Virus record (IMG/VR): IMGVR_UViG_3300032308_002010
Span: 1 to 64,000 of that record
Source: a virus
Strand: one strand, 5' to 3'
DNA: 64,000 nucleotides
The first letter of the stretch is position 1. Each line of letters starts with the position of its first letter. A model generated the notes under the pieces. It worked only from the letters and a program-made list of their open reading frames with translations. It had not been told where the DNA came from and made no database searches. Below are positions 6,726 to 15,178 of the stretch, in pieces. The position numbers and the translations under genes were made by a program.

Positions 6726-9359
6726 TTATCCAATTTCCCGGGCGAGGTCAGCGGCAGGTAATAAATATTGATCACACCAACTACTGTCAACAAGAATGCC
6801 CGGTAGATTGCGTACAGCCTCTTCTCCGCCGAGAACTCCGCGTTGCGCCAATAGTTTAACAAGCCACGACCAATTTGGGGCTATGGCTTTTCTATCATAA
6901 AAATAGCGATCAATCGCCCGCTGGTTCAACCACCAGTGCGTTTTTTTACGCACTATGTAATTTCCGGGCTGGCCGATATTTCGGGCCCGGGGTAAGACTG
7001 CCAAATCTCCGTGTTGAACGGCCGCTGTTAACTCCGTAAAAAACGCGATATCTGCCGCGTTTTGCGTAATTAAATGGTTGTTTGCGTATTCGAATTGGAA
7101 CGCGGCGCCGTATGTTTCTGTCAGCCATGCGTGCATATCTGCCAGCACGGCTAGGGTAGTTATCGGGTTGGTGAGGCTGACGCGCATACGCTGGCGGAGC
7201 GTGCGCTGAATATACGCCGGCAGTACGTATGCGAGCGGCGTAAAGTCTGTTGCGGGGTTTGCCATCCCGCTGATTATTTGCCAGCCGTATGTCGGCGCTA
7301 CACTGGCGGTCTGCGAAGACAAGTGCGCAAGTATAGGCCGATTATGACATCGCGGTACTATCGGGCTTAGACTTGTGGCGTCGAACACGCTGGCAATTGT
7401 TGTCGGCCATTCTAATGCAGTTGTGCGCTCATACACGGCGGCACAAGCGTTTGCGCGGCGCAAGATATCAATACGCTGATGCGAGCAACCAAGAACCGCG
7501 GCGATTTGAACTGCGATTAAAAAACTGTCGCCTGTAAGCCCGGTCGCCGCGGAGTCGCGCCGCAAAATTGGGTCAATCAGGTCGGCCGTAATTGCCGCGA
7601 CAACAGTCCAGATAAATGCGTTCTCTGGGCTCGGCGTTAGAAACTGCCGTATTGCGGGCGGCGCAACAGCTACAGGTTCCGGGAAAACGACGTGTTTATT
7701 TTTTTCGCTGGGTTGCGTCGGCGCTGACGGCGTACCGTCTACGGCCAATTCGTAGTTCGCGAAACGAAACGTATTTGCACGATTGTCCCACCCAAGGCGG
7801 TTAGACACGCATACAAGTTCTGGCCGGCTTAGGGATATTGCTATCAAATGACTGCGGCTGTTCCACCTACTGTCGTATAGCATTACTTTTTTGTGCCCAG
7901 CAACAACGCCGGCTGCATACGTTAACAACCCGGCGCGTTCTATTTTGGCGGCATTATCCGCAAATGGTATTTCTTCGCCGTTAAGGTGGATGATGCCGGT
8001 GTATGTTTTTTCGCCGTCATCAGACTGCGTGACTTTGCTGATAACAATACTTGCGTCACAGATATGATGATTTGTGACGCTCCACCAGCCATCCGACTTG
8101 GGGATGACTGTACGCTGCCACGGCTTTGATACGTCTGGCGTAATGTTTTTCGACGTCTTGACGTGCGTCAGCACCCTGTCAGAGAACCCCGGTGAAAAAT
8201 TAGTGCTAATCTTGTTTAAGAATGGCACTAGCTTTTCGGCCGCAATGGTGAGTCGCGTCGCAAAAGAGTGCGCCGCTATCTCATTCATCTGGCCGAGTGT
8301 GCTCGTTAAACGTGTTTGCCACGTCTCGGCATTTTTGCGCAACGACACAAGGCGGCTCATTGCGTTTGTGGCCAGTCGTTTTTGAACGCGTTGGTTTTGC
8401 GTTGCTATCGTCACGTAGCCCCGCGCATTCGCCGCGCGACTGATCAACTCTGGCGATGCCGCGTGACTTTGAAAAATACGCGGCACTGGCGTAAACGCGC
8501 ACCAACTTCCGCCCCAGCTGTTTGCTTCAACGCCGGTATAACTCGACATAAGCGGCAAAAGTGACAATCCGCGGCGCAGCATTTCGCACTGCATGCTTAA
8601 CGCCCACATCGGATCGTCGACAATAAATTGCGTGCTTTTTAACAGTTCGCCTGCGGGAGAGAGCGCCGTACGCAATAAAAAGTATCCGGCTTCTGGCCTG
8701 TTTCTTTTGTACTGACTGACGGCGATAAAGTTTTGTTTTGCCGTAAACTGTTCATCGTACTGCACTATTAAAAACCCGGTTAACCTGCCGGGAAGATCAT
8801 AGTGCGGGAACACGAGGCTGGCGCCGTTTTCGCGGATGGGACTTATTAATGGGCGGCGTACAAATCTTTGAAGTGTGTCTAGTTGTTCTTTGTACGCCAC
8901 GCCCACTAAACCGGCGGCATTTATTTCAGGGTATACGCCAAGTTCGCGTAGGCGGCAGGCGATGACGTCATCATGGTGCCCCCAAATCTGCGCCTCAGCG
9001 TCAAACCAGAACTGCTCAAATTTTTCAAAGCGCTCGCCGGTCCGGGCGTATTCATTGACAGCGTTATCTTTTTCAGCTGCATTTATGGCGTTTAATTCGA
9101 TAAAACGGGCAATCACCACGTCGGGGCTTGTATTCCATAATGCCGCGCCAAACGTTATGATATCTCCATGGGCTAAGCACGCATTACAGTGCAGCCAGAT
9201 ACCGTTAGTACTTGCGTCGTCGAACAGGTGTAGCGTATTTTTTTGACACAGCGGACAACTGACGACGGCCGGAAAAACCAACTGGTCCGGTGCAATGCCC
9301 AACGCCGACAGGGCAATCGCGTGGTGTTGGCGGCTAATTAAACAGGTAGGAAATCCCAT
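6726..9359 (-). CDS. primase/helicase-like replication protein (N-terminal Zn finger, DUF927-like region)
   Basis: CPLC...CNAC Zn finger, primase-like PHYDLPGRLTGF segment, RLGW....F.F segment reminiscent of DUF927. No intact Walker A seen. Confidence 0.55.
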   Translation of the reverse strand: MGFPTCLISRQHHAIALSALGIAPDQLVFPAVVSCPLCQKNTLHLFDDASTNGIWLHCNACLAHGDIITFGAALWNTSPDVVIARFIELNAINAAEKDNAVNEYARTGERFEKFEQFWFDAEAQIWGHHDDVIACRLRELGVYPEINAAGLVGVAYKEQLDTLQRFVRRPLISPIRENGASLVFPHYDLPGRLTGFLIVQYDEQFTAKQNFIAVSQYKRNRPEAGYFLLRTALSPAGELLKSTQFIVDDPMWALSMQCEMLRRGLSLLPLMSSYTGVEANSWGGSWCAFTPVPRIFQSHAASPELISRAANARGYVTIATQNQRVQKRLATNAMSRLVSLRKNAETWQTRLTSTLGQMNEIAAHSFATRLTIAAEKLVPFLNKISTNFSPGFSDRVLTHVKTSKNITPDVSKPWQRTVIPKSDGWWSVTNHHICDASIVISKVTQSDDGEKTYTGIIHLNGEEIPFADNAAKIERAGLLTYAAGVVAGHKKVMLYDSRWNSRSHLIAISLSRPELVCVSNRLGWDNRANTFRFANYELAVDGTPSAPTQPSEKNKHVVFPEPVAVAPPAIRQFLTPSPENAFIWTVVAAITADLIDPILRRDSAATGLTGDSFLIAVQIAAVLGCSHQRIDILRRANACAAVYERTTALEWPTTIASVFDATSLSPIVPRCHNRPILAHLSSQTASVAPTYGWQIISGMANPATDFTPLAYVLPAYIQRTLRQRMRVSLTNPITTLAVLADMHAWLTETYGAAFQFEYANNHLITQNAADIAFFTELTAAVQHGDLAVLPRARNIGQPGNYIVRKKTHWWLNQRAIDRYFYDRKAIAPNWSWLVKLLAQRGVLGGEEAVRNLPGILVDSSWCDQYLLPAADLAREIG

Positions 9360-10533
9360 GACAAATATCCCGCTCGATCAGGCGCATGACGTCAGTGGCC
9401 GCGAAACACACAGGCTTACGACCCTGTATCCGCAGCCGGACTTTGTAAAAAATGCCGCGCACGAAAAACTGAGTGGTGCCGCGGATTTACCGCGCCATCT
9501 ATACGCCGATCAGCGCCATAAACTTTATCCGTGCCATACCGCCCCTGCAACATGGATGTCCGCGCTTTTCTTTGCGGACAAACAGGCGCAGTTTGACGCC
9601 AAAGAGGCCGCGGCCATTCAATCTAGAATACACCAAGCCGCCGAATATTTCGGTATCGGCGGGGCTGTGGCGGAACTAGAAGAGAAGATCGCGGCCAGCG
9701 CGACGCAAGACATTAACAGCCTACCGGACTCTGAATTTGCTATTGTCTGGGTCAGCGACGTGGGTGGTAAAGAGCGGCACTGGCCGCTGCGCAACGCCGA
9801 GGAGGTCAAGTTTGCCGCCGCGCACTTTAAAACGTTCCGCGACAACTTCGTCTTCGAAGATCGCCACGTAATTGCCACAAAGATCCTCGAAAAGGCCGCG
9901 CAGTACAGCGCAGACGTTTCGGGGGCAGAGGGCTCGCTAGAGTTGGCGGCGGGGCTTGGCGCCTGCGCGGCCAAGGTGGCGAGCGACATGATCAAAGATC
10001 GCGTACGGCTTACCAGTCGGCAGCACACGCAGCTGGCGAGTGAGTTGTCAAAGTTAGCAGAAGCTGTTGACCAGAACCCCGAGAAGGCTCGTACGGTCGA
10101 CATGCGGCTAAAGTTGGCGAGCGCGGTCGATAATTTCGATAGGAGCACGCAGCTCTATCGACTCTACGACGCCGGCGGATTACCGCGGCCTGAAGAAGTT
10201 TTGTTCGCCATTACCGAAAAGGTGGCGCGGGACTTCATGACGCAGAACGTCGAAACCACTACGGGCAACGTATACGCGCTCGATGACCTTGAGAAGCTAG
10301 CCGTTGACGATGTACGCGAGTGGCTTGGCGATGACTTCGCCGACGCGGTAAGCGCCGGCGGCGTATACATGGACCGCGAAAAGCTGGCCGCGATTGTTCC
10401 CACGCTCGACCGCGGTATGGCGGCTATGCTGGACCGGCTCATGTCCGACAAGAGCGCTGGAGCTGTCGTGAAGTCAGCGGCGGCTGACAGTCTTCTTTCG
10501 CTTGAGCGCCTTCGCGAGCTTGCGCGGGGCTGA
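9358..10533 (+). CDS. hypothetical protein, candidate head-internal protein (KxA-motif rich)
   Basis: AGGA SD before ATG 9358; 391 aa; eight K-x-A-(A/S) motifs like those in head-module proteins. Confidence 0.7.
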   Translation: MTNIPLDQAHDVSGRETHRLTTLYPQPDFVKNAAHEKLSGAADLPRHLYADQRHKLYPCHTAPATWMSALFFADKQAQFDAKEAAAIQSRIHQAAEYFGIGGAVAELEEKIAASATQDINSLPDSEFAIVWVSDVGGKERHWPLRNAEEVKFAAAHFKTFRDNFVFEDRHVIATKILEKAAQYSADVSGAEGSLELAAGLGACAAKVASDMIKDRVRLTSRQHTQLASELSKLAEAVDQNPEKARTVDMRLKLASAVDNFDRSTQLYRLYDAGGLPRPEEVLFAITEKVARDFMTQNVETTTGNVYALDDLEKLAVDDVREWLGDDFADAVSAGGVYMDREKLAAIVPTLDRGMAAMLDRLMSDKSAGAVVKSAAADSLLSLERLRELARG

Positions 10534-10959
10534 GGCTTTTTTCTTCTTACGTGGAGCCGGACCGAACAACGACTTAATATGTCGTAGTACGTCCGCTTCG
10601 CGCACGCGTTTGTAGTTTACATCGTCCCACGCTTGGTCAGCGTGCTCGACGCCGCGGCGCGCTGCCTCAACGTCGTGGATGAGGCTGTACTGCGGGTTGT
10701 ACCATTTGAACGCCCGCCCCTTGCCTTTGTTCCATTTAAAGTCTGCTACCGATATTTCATAGACAGTGTGCGTCACTTTATCAATGATTATTTGCGCGTG
10801 GCATTTAAACTCTTTGTTTGGCAGCCGGATTGTGGCCTCAATTATATGCGCGTTGCTGCCGTAACAAGCCCAGCAGTACTCGGCGCTATCGGTTATCAGA
10901 AAGCGACAGGCGTTAAAAAAGCGATTAACGCGCAACGTGCCGCAGTGATCGAATGTCAT
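10474..10959 (-). CDS. conserved-looking phage hypothetical protein
   Basis: IT..S.YCW.CYG.NA...YE....D...NP.Y...EA..RG....AWDDV pattern recalled from uncharacterised phage proteins; ATGA coupling at the start. Confidence 0.65.
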   Translation of the reverse strand: MTFDHCGTLRVNRFFNACRFLITDSAEYCWACYGSNAHIIEATIRLPNKEFKCHAQIIIDKVTHTVYEISVADFKWNKGKGRAFKWYNPQYSLIHDVEAARRGVEHADQAWDDVNYKRVREADVLRHIKSLFGPAPRKKKKASAPRKLAKALKRKKTVSRR

Positions 10960-11198
10960 TTTGATATCAAGTCCTTCAGTTTGCGGAATAGTTGCCGCAC
11001 GGCCGGCATGAGCTGCCGTTTTCTTGGTGGCTCCGCGCCGGGCTCAACGTTCTGAGAAGATAAGCCGCCAGACTGATCGTCTAACTCGCTTCGGCAGTAG
11101 TCGAGGTAGAGTTGCCAGTTTTCATAGGCGTCTCGATCTTCTGCGGATTCATATGGGATGTAGGGTGGTTCGTCTGGGACTCTGTCGTTCCAGCCCAT
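10956..11198 (-). CDS. hypothetical protein overlapping the csrA 3' end
   Basis: AAGGA SD 9 nt upstream of ATG; stop overlaps the next ATG (ATGA). Confidence 0.5.
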   Translation of the reverse strand: MGWNDRVPDEPPYIPYESAEDRDAYENWQLYLDYCRSELDDQSGGLSSQNVEPGAEPPRKRQLMPAVRQLFRKLKDLISK

Positions 11199-11371
11199 TT
11201 CTGTTTGTCCTTCTTTTTACTTCCGTCGATCAACTCGCCGCGAACAATGGTTGTTGTTTGCGGCGCAGTCAGACCGATCTTGACGCGATCGCCTGTGATT
11301 CCCAAAACCTTCACAATAATTCCGTCGCCAATTACAACTTCCTGTTCCGTCTTCCTTGAGAGTACAAGCAT
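11081..11371 (-). CDS. csrA: carbon storage regulator CsrA/RsmA-family RNA-binding protein
   Basis: MLVLSRK..QEVVIGDGIIVKVLGITGDRVKIGLTAP.TTTIVRGEL, the canonical CsrA core including the beta1 MLVLSR and the beta5 Arg. Confidence 0.93.
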   Translation of the reverse strand: MLVLSRKTEQEVVIGDGIIVKVLGITGDRVKIGLTAPQTTTIVRGELIDGSKKKDKQKWAGTTESQTNHPTSHMNPQKIETPMKTGNSTSTTAEAS

Positions 11372-11381
11372 TGTGTCACCA

Positions 11382-12053
11382 TCATGATGTAGTTGAACCT
11401 TGTAACATTTTTACGACATACTCCGTGTTGCCGTTTTTCAGGTCCAGCGCGGCCATTTGTTTGATAAGTAAATCCGTCTTCAATCGAACCGACTGGTTGA
11501 TGTCTTCTGTCTTTCCGGCTTCTAGATCGTAGACCGCGTTAAACATCGTCGGGTCATCTGAGAAGTCTGTAATGCTGGGGCTGACACGTGCCGCGCGCAA
11601 AGCAATACGCAGAATATCCGGTGCGTTGATAATTCCCTCGCTGTCCAGCACGGCGCCGATATAGCCGCGCACTTCGTCAGTGAACGGTTCTTTGTCGTCG
11701 TCTTCTGGCGGGCTGATCAGTAGCGCCTCTGTGATACCCCACGCGACCTCTTCGGCGTCTGCGGGGTCCCACATGTCCGGGCGGTATGTGTCGCCGCACA
11801 TCACGTTGCAGAACATCACAAAGTCCGGCAGGCTTTTAAAAAATTTGTCGGTCGTTAGGATCTGGATTGCGACTAGCAGCTTGTCGAGGGCCAGCTGGGG
11901 AAGCTCGACATCAAACTCTTCTTCGATTTCGAGGGTGATGGTCGCGGGGTCCCAGTCTAGGGCTTCGATGCCGAATTTATCCAGAAACAGGGTTAGTAGG
12001 ACGCTCGCAAACGTCTCCCGGCTTTTCCACGCTTCCTGCGCTATTGTCGACAT
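11382..12053 (-). CDS. hypothetical protein (acidic, helical)
   Basis: 223-aa ORF with protein-like composition. Confidence 0.7.
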   Translation of the reverse strand: MSTIAQEAWKSRETFASVLLTLFLDKFGIEALDWDPATITLEIEEEFDVELPQLALDKLLVAIQILTTDKFFKSLPDFVMFCNVMCGDTYRPDMWDPADAEEVAWGITEALLISPPEDDDKEPFTDEVRGYIGAVLDSEGIINAPDILRIALRAARVSPSITDFSDDPTMFNAVYDLEAGKTEDINQSVRLKTDLLIKQMAALDLKNGNTEYVVKMLQGSTTS

Positions 12054-12534
12054 TGAGACCGCTCCTGCTCTTGATGATCTGCACGCCCCGGCGGTACAGC
12101 TCGTCTAGATTATACGCAATCGTCTCCAGCGGCGGTCGAGGGATTTGAGCGACGTGGTCGCCAGATTCCAGCGAAACCCAGCCCGGCGCGCCTGTCCACG
12201 TGGCATAGCGGCCGTCTGCAAAAGCCAGCGTGTGCCCGCAGCCACTTGTGAGCGCATCGGCGTCGAGGCCCGCGTCGTACTGGGATCGCCGCATCATTTC
12301 GCCAACCAGCAGCCGCTGCTCGCTGGATAAGAATTGGAGGTTTTCCAGCATGTCGGCCAGCAGCAGGTAGAACACGGCCTCTTTGTCGACATAGTCGCTG
12401 CCGGCGGCAAATCCGCGCTGCAATACCGCGGTAAATATGCCGCGAACTTGTAGCTTGCTAAGTTTTACGACCCGCATTACCATATCAAGCGTCAGGTCTA
12501 TTTCTTCTACGGAGGTATTTATGTCCGTTTCCAT
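11977..12534 (-). CDS. hypothetical protein
   Basis: ORF track gives 11977..12681; more plausible starts are ATG 12534 or 12483. Confidence 0.55.
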   Translation of the reverse strand: METDINTSVEEIDLTLDMVMRVVKLSKLQVRGIFTAVLQRGFAAGSDYVDKEAVFYLLLADMLENLQFLSSEQRLLVGEMMRRSQYDAGLDADALTSGCGHTLAFADGRYATWTGAPGWVSLESGDHVAQIPRPPLETIAYNLDELYRRGVQIIKSRSGLNVDNSAGSVEKPGDVCERPTNPVSG

Positions 12535-12799
12535 TATTGACAACCTTTCTAATATCACGCAGGGCCGAGCTGAGATTATCGTCAGCGGCGATGGTATCGA
12601 GGAACTGCTTGCCGCCGCAACTGCAAACATGGTTTTGCAGAAAGCGGCCGAGGCTGGCCTGAATCGCCCGGGCGTATCCAACGCCAGCGGCCCCTACCCG
12701 GTAGACGCCGAAGGAAAGACCGACGATGAGCTAATGATGGGCAAGCGTGGCCCGGTCGCCGGCTACCGCCGAGATTTTGTTATCTTGGCGTCGCTCTGA
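12521..12799 (+). CDS. small hypothetical protein
   Basis: GGAGGT SD 4 nt before ATG 12521 (MSVSIIDN); stop abuts the convergent stop at 12800. Confidence 0.65.
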   Translation: MSVSIIDNLSNITQGRAEIIVSGDGIEELLAAATANMVLQKAAEAGLNRPGVSNASGPYPVDAEGKTDDELMMGKRGPVAGYRRDFVILASL

Positions 12800-13126
12800 T
12801 CAGGCGTCGTCTGGTCGGCTGACAATCAGCATATTCGTGGGCTTTCCGTACTCAAATGAGATAACGGCAAAGCACACTGGCGTCCTGCAGTCGATATCGA
12901 GCTTCTTCGTCGCGGCGTATCCGACGCGGAAGCTCGTTGTCTTTGCAGCTTTGATCGCGGCCGCCTTTGTCTTGAATAAGCCGACCGGCACGTCGTCCAT
13001 CGTGTGGCGCCACACGACAAGGTGGCCGGTAAGCCCGGGCACAACTTCGGTGCCCTTTGGTTTGCGCAGTAATTTGTTTACACCCGAGGCGCGCGGAGCG
13101 CGCCTCTTCTTTTGCGTTTTAGTCAT
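12800..13126 (-). CDS. basic hypothetical protein
   Basis: GAGG SD; Lys/Arg-rich N-terminus. Confidence 0.6.
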   Translation of the reverse strand: MTKTQKKRRAPRASGVNKLLRKPKGTEVVPGLTGHLVVWRHTMDDVPVGLFKTKAAAIKAAKTTSFRVGYAATKKLDIDCRTPVCFAVISFEYGKPTNMLIVSRPDDA

Positions 13127-13152
13127 ATTTGTACCTCTGCACTGACGCTCGT

Positions 13153-13722
13153 TTAGGGGAGCGGATTGTTTTCGGTTGGTTCTGCTGATGTGTCGTCGGC
13201 GTCCGTGTCGACCACAATTTTTGTCCGGCCGTTGCTGAAATATCGCGAACCGTAACTGGTAAAAATTTCATCGCCGGTGGCTATGTCTTTTTGCGCGATA
13301 AGATCCGCTACGTTTGCCGGCCAGTTAAAACTCCAGTTGGCGTTTGGAGCGTCTTGGTGGTTGTAGAGCATTCCGTATCCAAGCACCATGTACATGTGGT
13401 TCCCGTGCCGTTTGCACTCTTCGCAGGGGCACGAACTGTTTGTGTACAGGTAATTAAATAGCTGCGGGTCTTTGTGGTACTTTGTGCGAAACGCCAACTG
13501 AATCATTGGACACCGCTCGATCAGCTCGCCCTTTTTGATATCATTTGTCGCAAAAACACCGCGACCGTGTATGCCGGAATAACCAAGCTCGATTTTTGTC
13601 GGGCGAAACAACGGCACCCGCTCGGGTTCCGCTTTTTCTGCCGCGACTGTTTTTTCGACAGCTTCGGTTTCGGGCGCGTCTTGGATTTTTTCGTCATGTC
13701 CTTCTGTTTTGTCTTCCGACAC
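13153..13722 (-). CDS. SET-domain protein (putative lysine methyltransferase)
   Basis: SGIHGRGVFAT.DI.KGELIE, YNHQDAPNA and I..GDEIFTSYG motifs; CPCEECK.H insert. Confidence 0.88.
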   Translation of the reverse strand: MSEDKTEGHDEKIQDAPETEAVEKTVAAEKAEPERVPLFRPTKIELGYSGIHGRGVFATNDIKKGELIERCPMIQLAFRTKYHKDPQLFNYLYTNSSCPCEECKRHGNHMYMVLGYGMLYNHQDAPNANWSFNWPANVADLIAQKDIATGDEIFTSYGSRYFSNGRTKIVVDTDADDTSAEPTENNPLP

Positions 13723-13742
13723 GTTATTACCTCGTGTGTGAG

Positions 13743-14216
13743 TTATTCTTCGTGGCCAAATTTGTCGACGTGTGCAAGTCTAGCGCAATAAAATTCTGCG
13801 ACCATACCGGCTACCTTTTCGAACCTCTTCACTATGTCCGGTAGAATTTGCTCGTTAAAGACCCGCAGAATTACACGCCTGAATTTTGCGATCGCTTCGG
13901 GGGTGTAGCCGGCGGCGCGCGCATTTTCAGCAGCGGTCCGCACTTCTTGGCTGCTGTCGAGTTGAATCTGGATGAAGGCTGGGTTAACAAACTCAATAAT
14001 GTGGCCGTACGTCTGACGAACTTCGTACGGGTACGGAACGTCAAACACAGGGGGTCCGGGCCATTGCTCTCCATTCACTTTATCCTTTGACATGTATCGC
14101 AGCTTCCCCAACGTCCAACCGAATGCGGCTGCGTCATCATTCGGTTCAGCCAGCACAAAGGCTGGTTTCGGCGCTGGTGGTTGCTTGTCGAGTTTTGCTT
14201 TGCTTTTACGCGCCAT
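13743..14216 (-). CDS. hypothetical protein
   Basis: 157-aa ORF in a co-directional chain. Confidence 0.6.
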   Translation of the reverse strand: MARKSKAKLDKQPPAPKPAFVLAEPNDDAAAFGWTLGKLRYMSKDKVNGEQWPGPPVFDVPYPYEVRQTYGHIIEFVNPAFIQIQLDSSQEVRTAAENARAAGYTPEAIAKFRRVILRVFNEQILPDIVKRFEKVAGMVAEFYCARLAHVDKFGHEE

Positions 14217-14250
14217 GATTCACAATAGCTAAGGAAAATTGGGACAGTTT

Positions 14251-14327
14251 TGTTCTGACTGCGTAGCCGGGAATCACATCAGCCGTCATAAGACGATTAG
14301 ATGTGTCCCGACTACACAGTCAGAACA
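14251..14327 (-). ncRNA. long intergenic RNA hairpin (function unknown)
   Basis: Arms TGTTCTGACTGCGTAGCCGGGAATCACATC and GATGTGTCCCGACTACACAGTCAGAACA. The two C-A mismatches on + are G-U pairs on -. Inner CGUC-UUAU-GACG stem-loop. Confidence 0.6.
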
Positions 14328-14336
14328 CGCCGAAGA

Positions 14337-14711
14337 TCAATCTCCGGCGGTGCAAGCAAGGTACGCATGATAGCGCGCTACTTCCTCAATGTTAGGATTA
14401 ACCTCTTTAAACACTGGCTCATCATCCATAGTGGCCAGTTCACCTCGAAACATCGCGGTCGTATATTCGTGATACAGCCGAGCCATATCTCCGCGAATTT
14501 TCTTCTTGGTGAATTTAAGCACGTGCTCCTTCAAGAAGGCAGCACGTTCCCAGAAGTTCGGCATCAGATCAAGCTGATCCCGAAACTTCTCTGCAGTTTT
14601 CTCGAAAAGTTTATGCGCCCTATCAGGAACAATCTGAAATTGGGGCACGGTCTTTTTGCATCGAGCGGTAACTGCAAGGCGGATTTTCTCCGCCGGGGCC
14701 GAAAGAAGCAT
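14337..14711 (-). CDS. hypothetical protein
   Basis: 124-aa ORF ending in TGA just upstream of the hairpin. Confidence 0.6.
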   Translation of the reverse strand: MLLSAPAEKIRLAVTARCKKTVPQFQIVPDRAHKLFEKTAEKFRDQLDLMPNFWERAAFLKEHVLKFTKKKIRGDMARLYHEYTTAMFRGELATMDDEPVFKEVNPNIEEVARYHAYLACTAGD

Positions 14712-14836
14712 GCGTTAACTCCGTTGTAACGCGGTAGAGAAGAGCCGCTAATACGATATAGCAGCGACAATAAATATGCCGCGTTTTTGGCAAAAATTTA
14801 GCGCTTGTCCTGTGTTCGCGAATCGCGAATATACCT

Positions 14837-14863
14837 GCCCTGTAAGGACTTACGGCGCAGGGC
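14837..14863 (-). terminator. possible terminator hairpin ending the structural operon
   Basis: GCCCUG...CAGGGC stem directly after the stop at 14866; the U-tract is weak. Confidence 0.3.
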
Positions 14864-14865
14864 GG

Positions 14866-15171
14866 CTAGAAAGTTAGCTGTACAACTTGGCCGCCGGAGT
14901 TCACATAGATCACGCGAACTTTATTGGTGTCTAGTAGCGCCTTGAGCTGCATCTTTTTTTCGCTGCTCATACCAGCAAGGCACGACTTGATCTGGGCCAT
15001 TGCGCTACGGCGCTTCTCTTGGCGTTTACGCGCGCACGCACTACACCCGCCCGACTCGTTACTTTTAAGGACGTCCCGCTTGTTGTAAAAACACGGGATC
15101 GACTCGGCGTACGCGGGGTCATTCAGTAATGATATTATTGTGCTGTCTTCTAGCACTACCATGTCACGCAT
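14866..15171 (-). CDS. small Cys-containing protein (GGCSAC), likely paralog of 16265..16621
   Basis: Shared MV.l....I..l...P.f...P N-terminus, GCxC and KV.v.YV C-terminus. Confidence 0.6.
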   Translation of the reverse strand: MRDMVVLEDSTIISLLNDPAYAESIPCFYNKRDVLKSNESGGCSACARKRQEKRRSAMAQIKSCLAGMSSEKKMQLKALLDTNKVRVIYVNSGGQVVQLTF

Positions 15172-15178
15172 ATAAACC

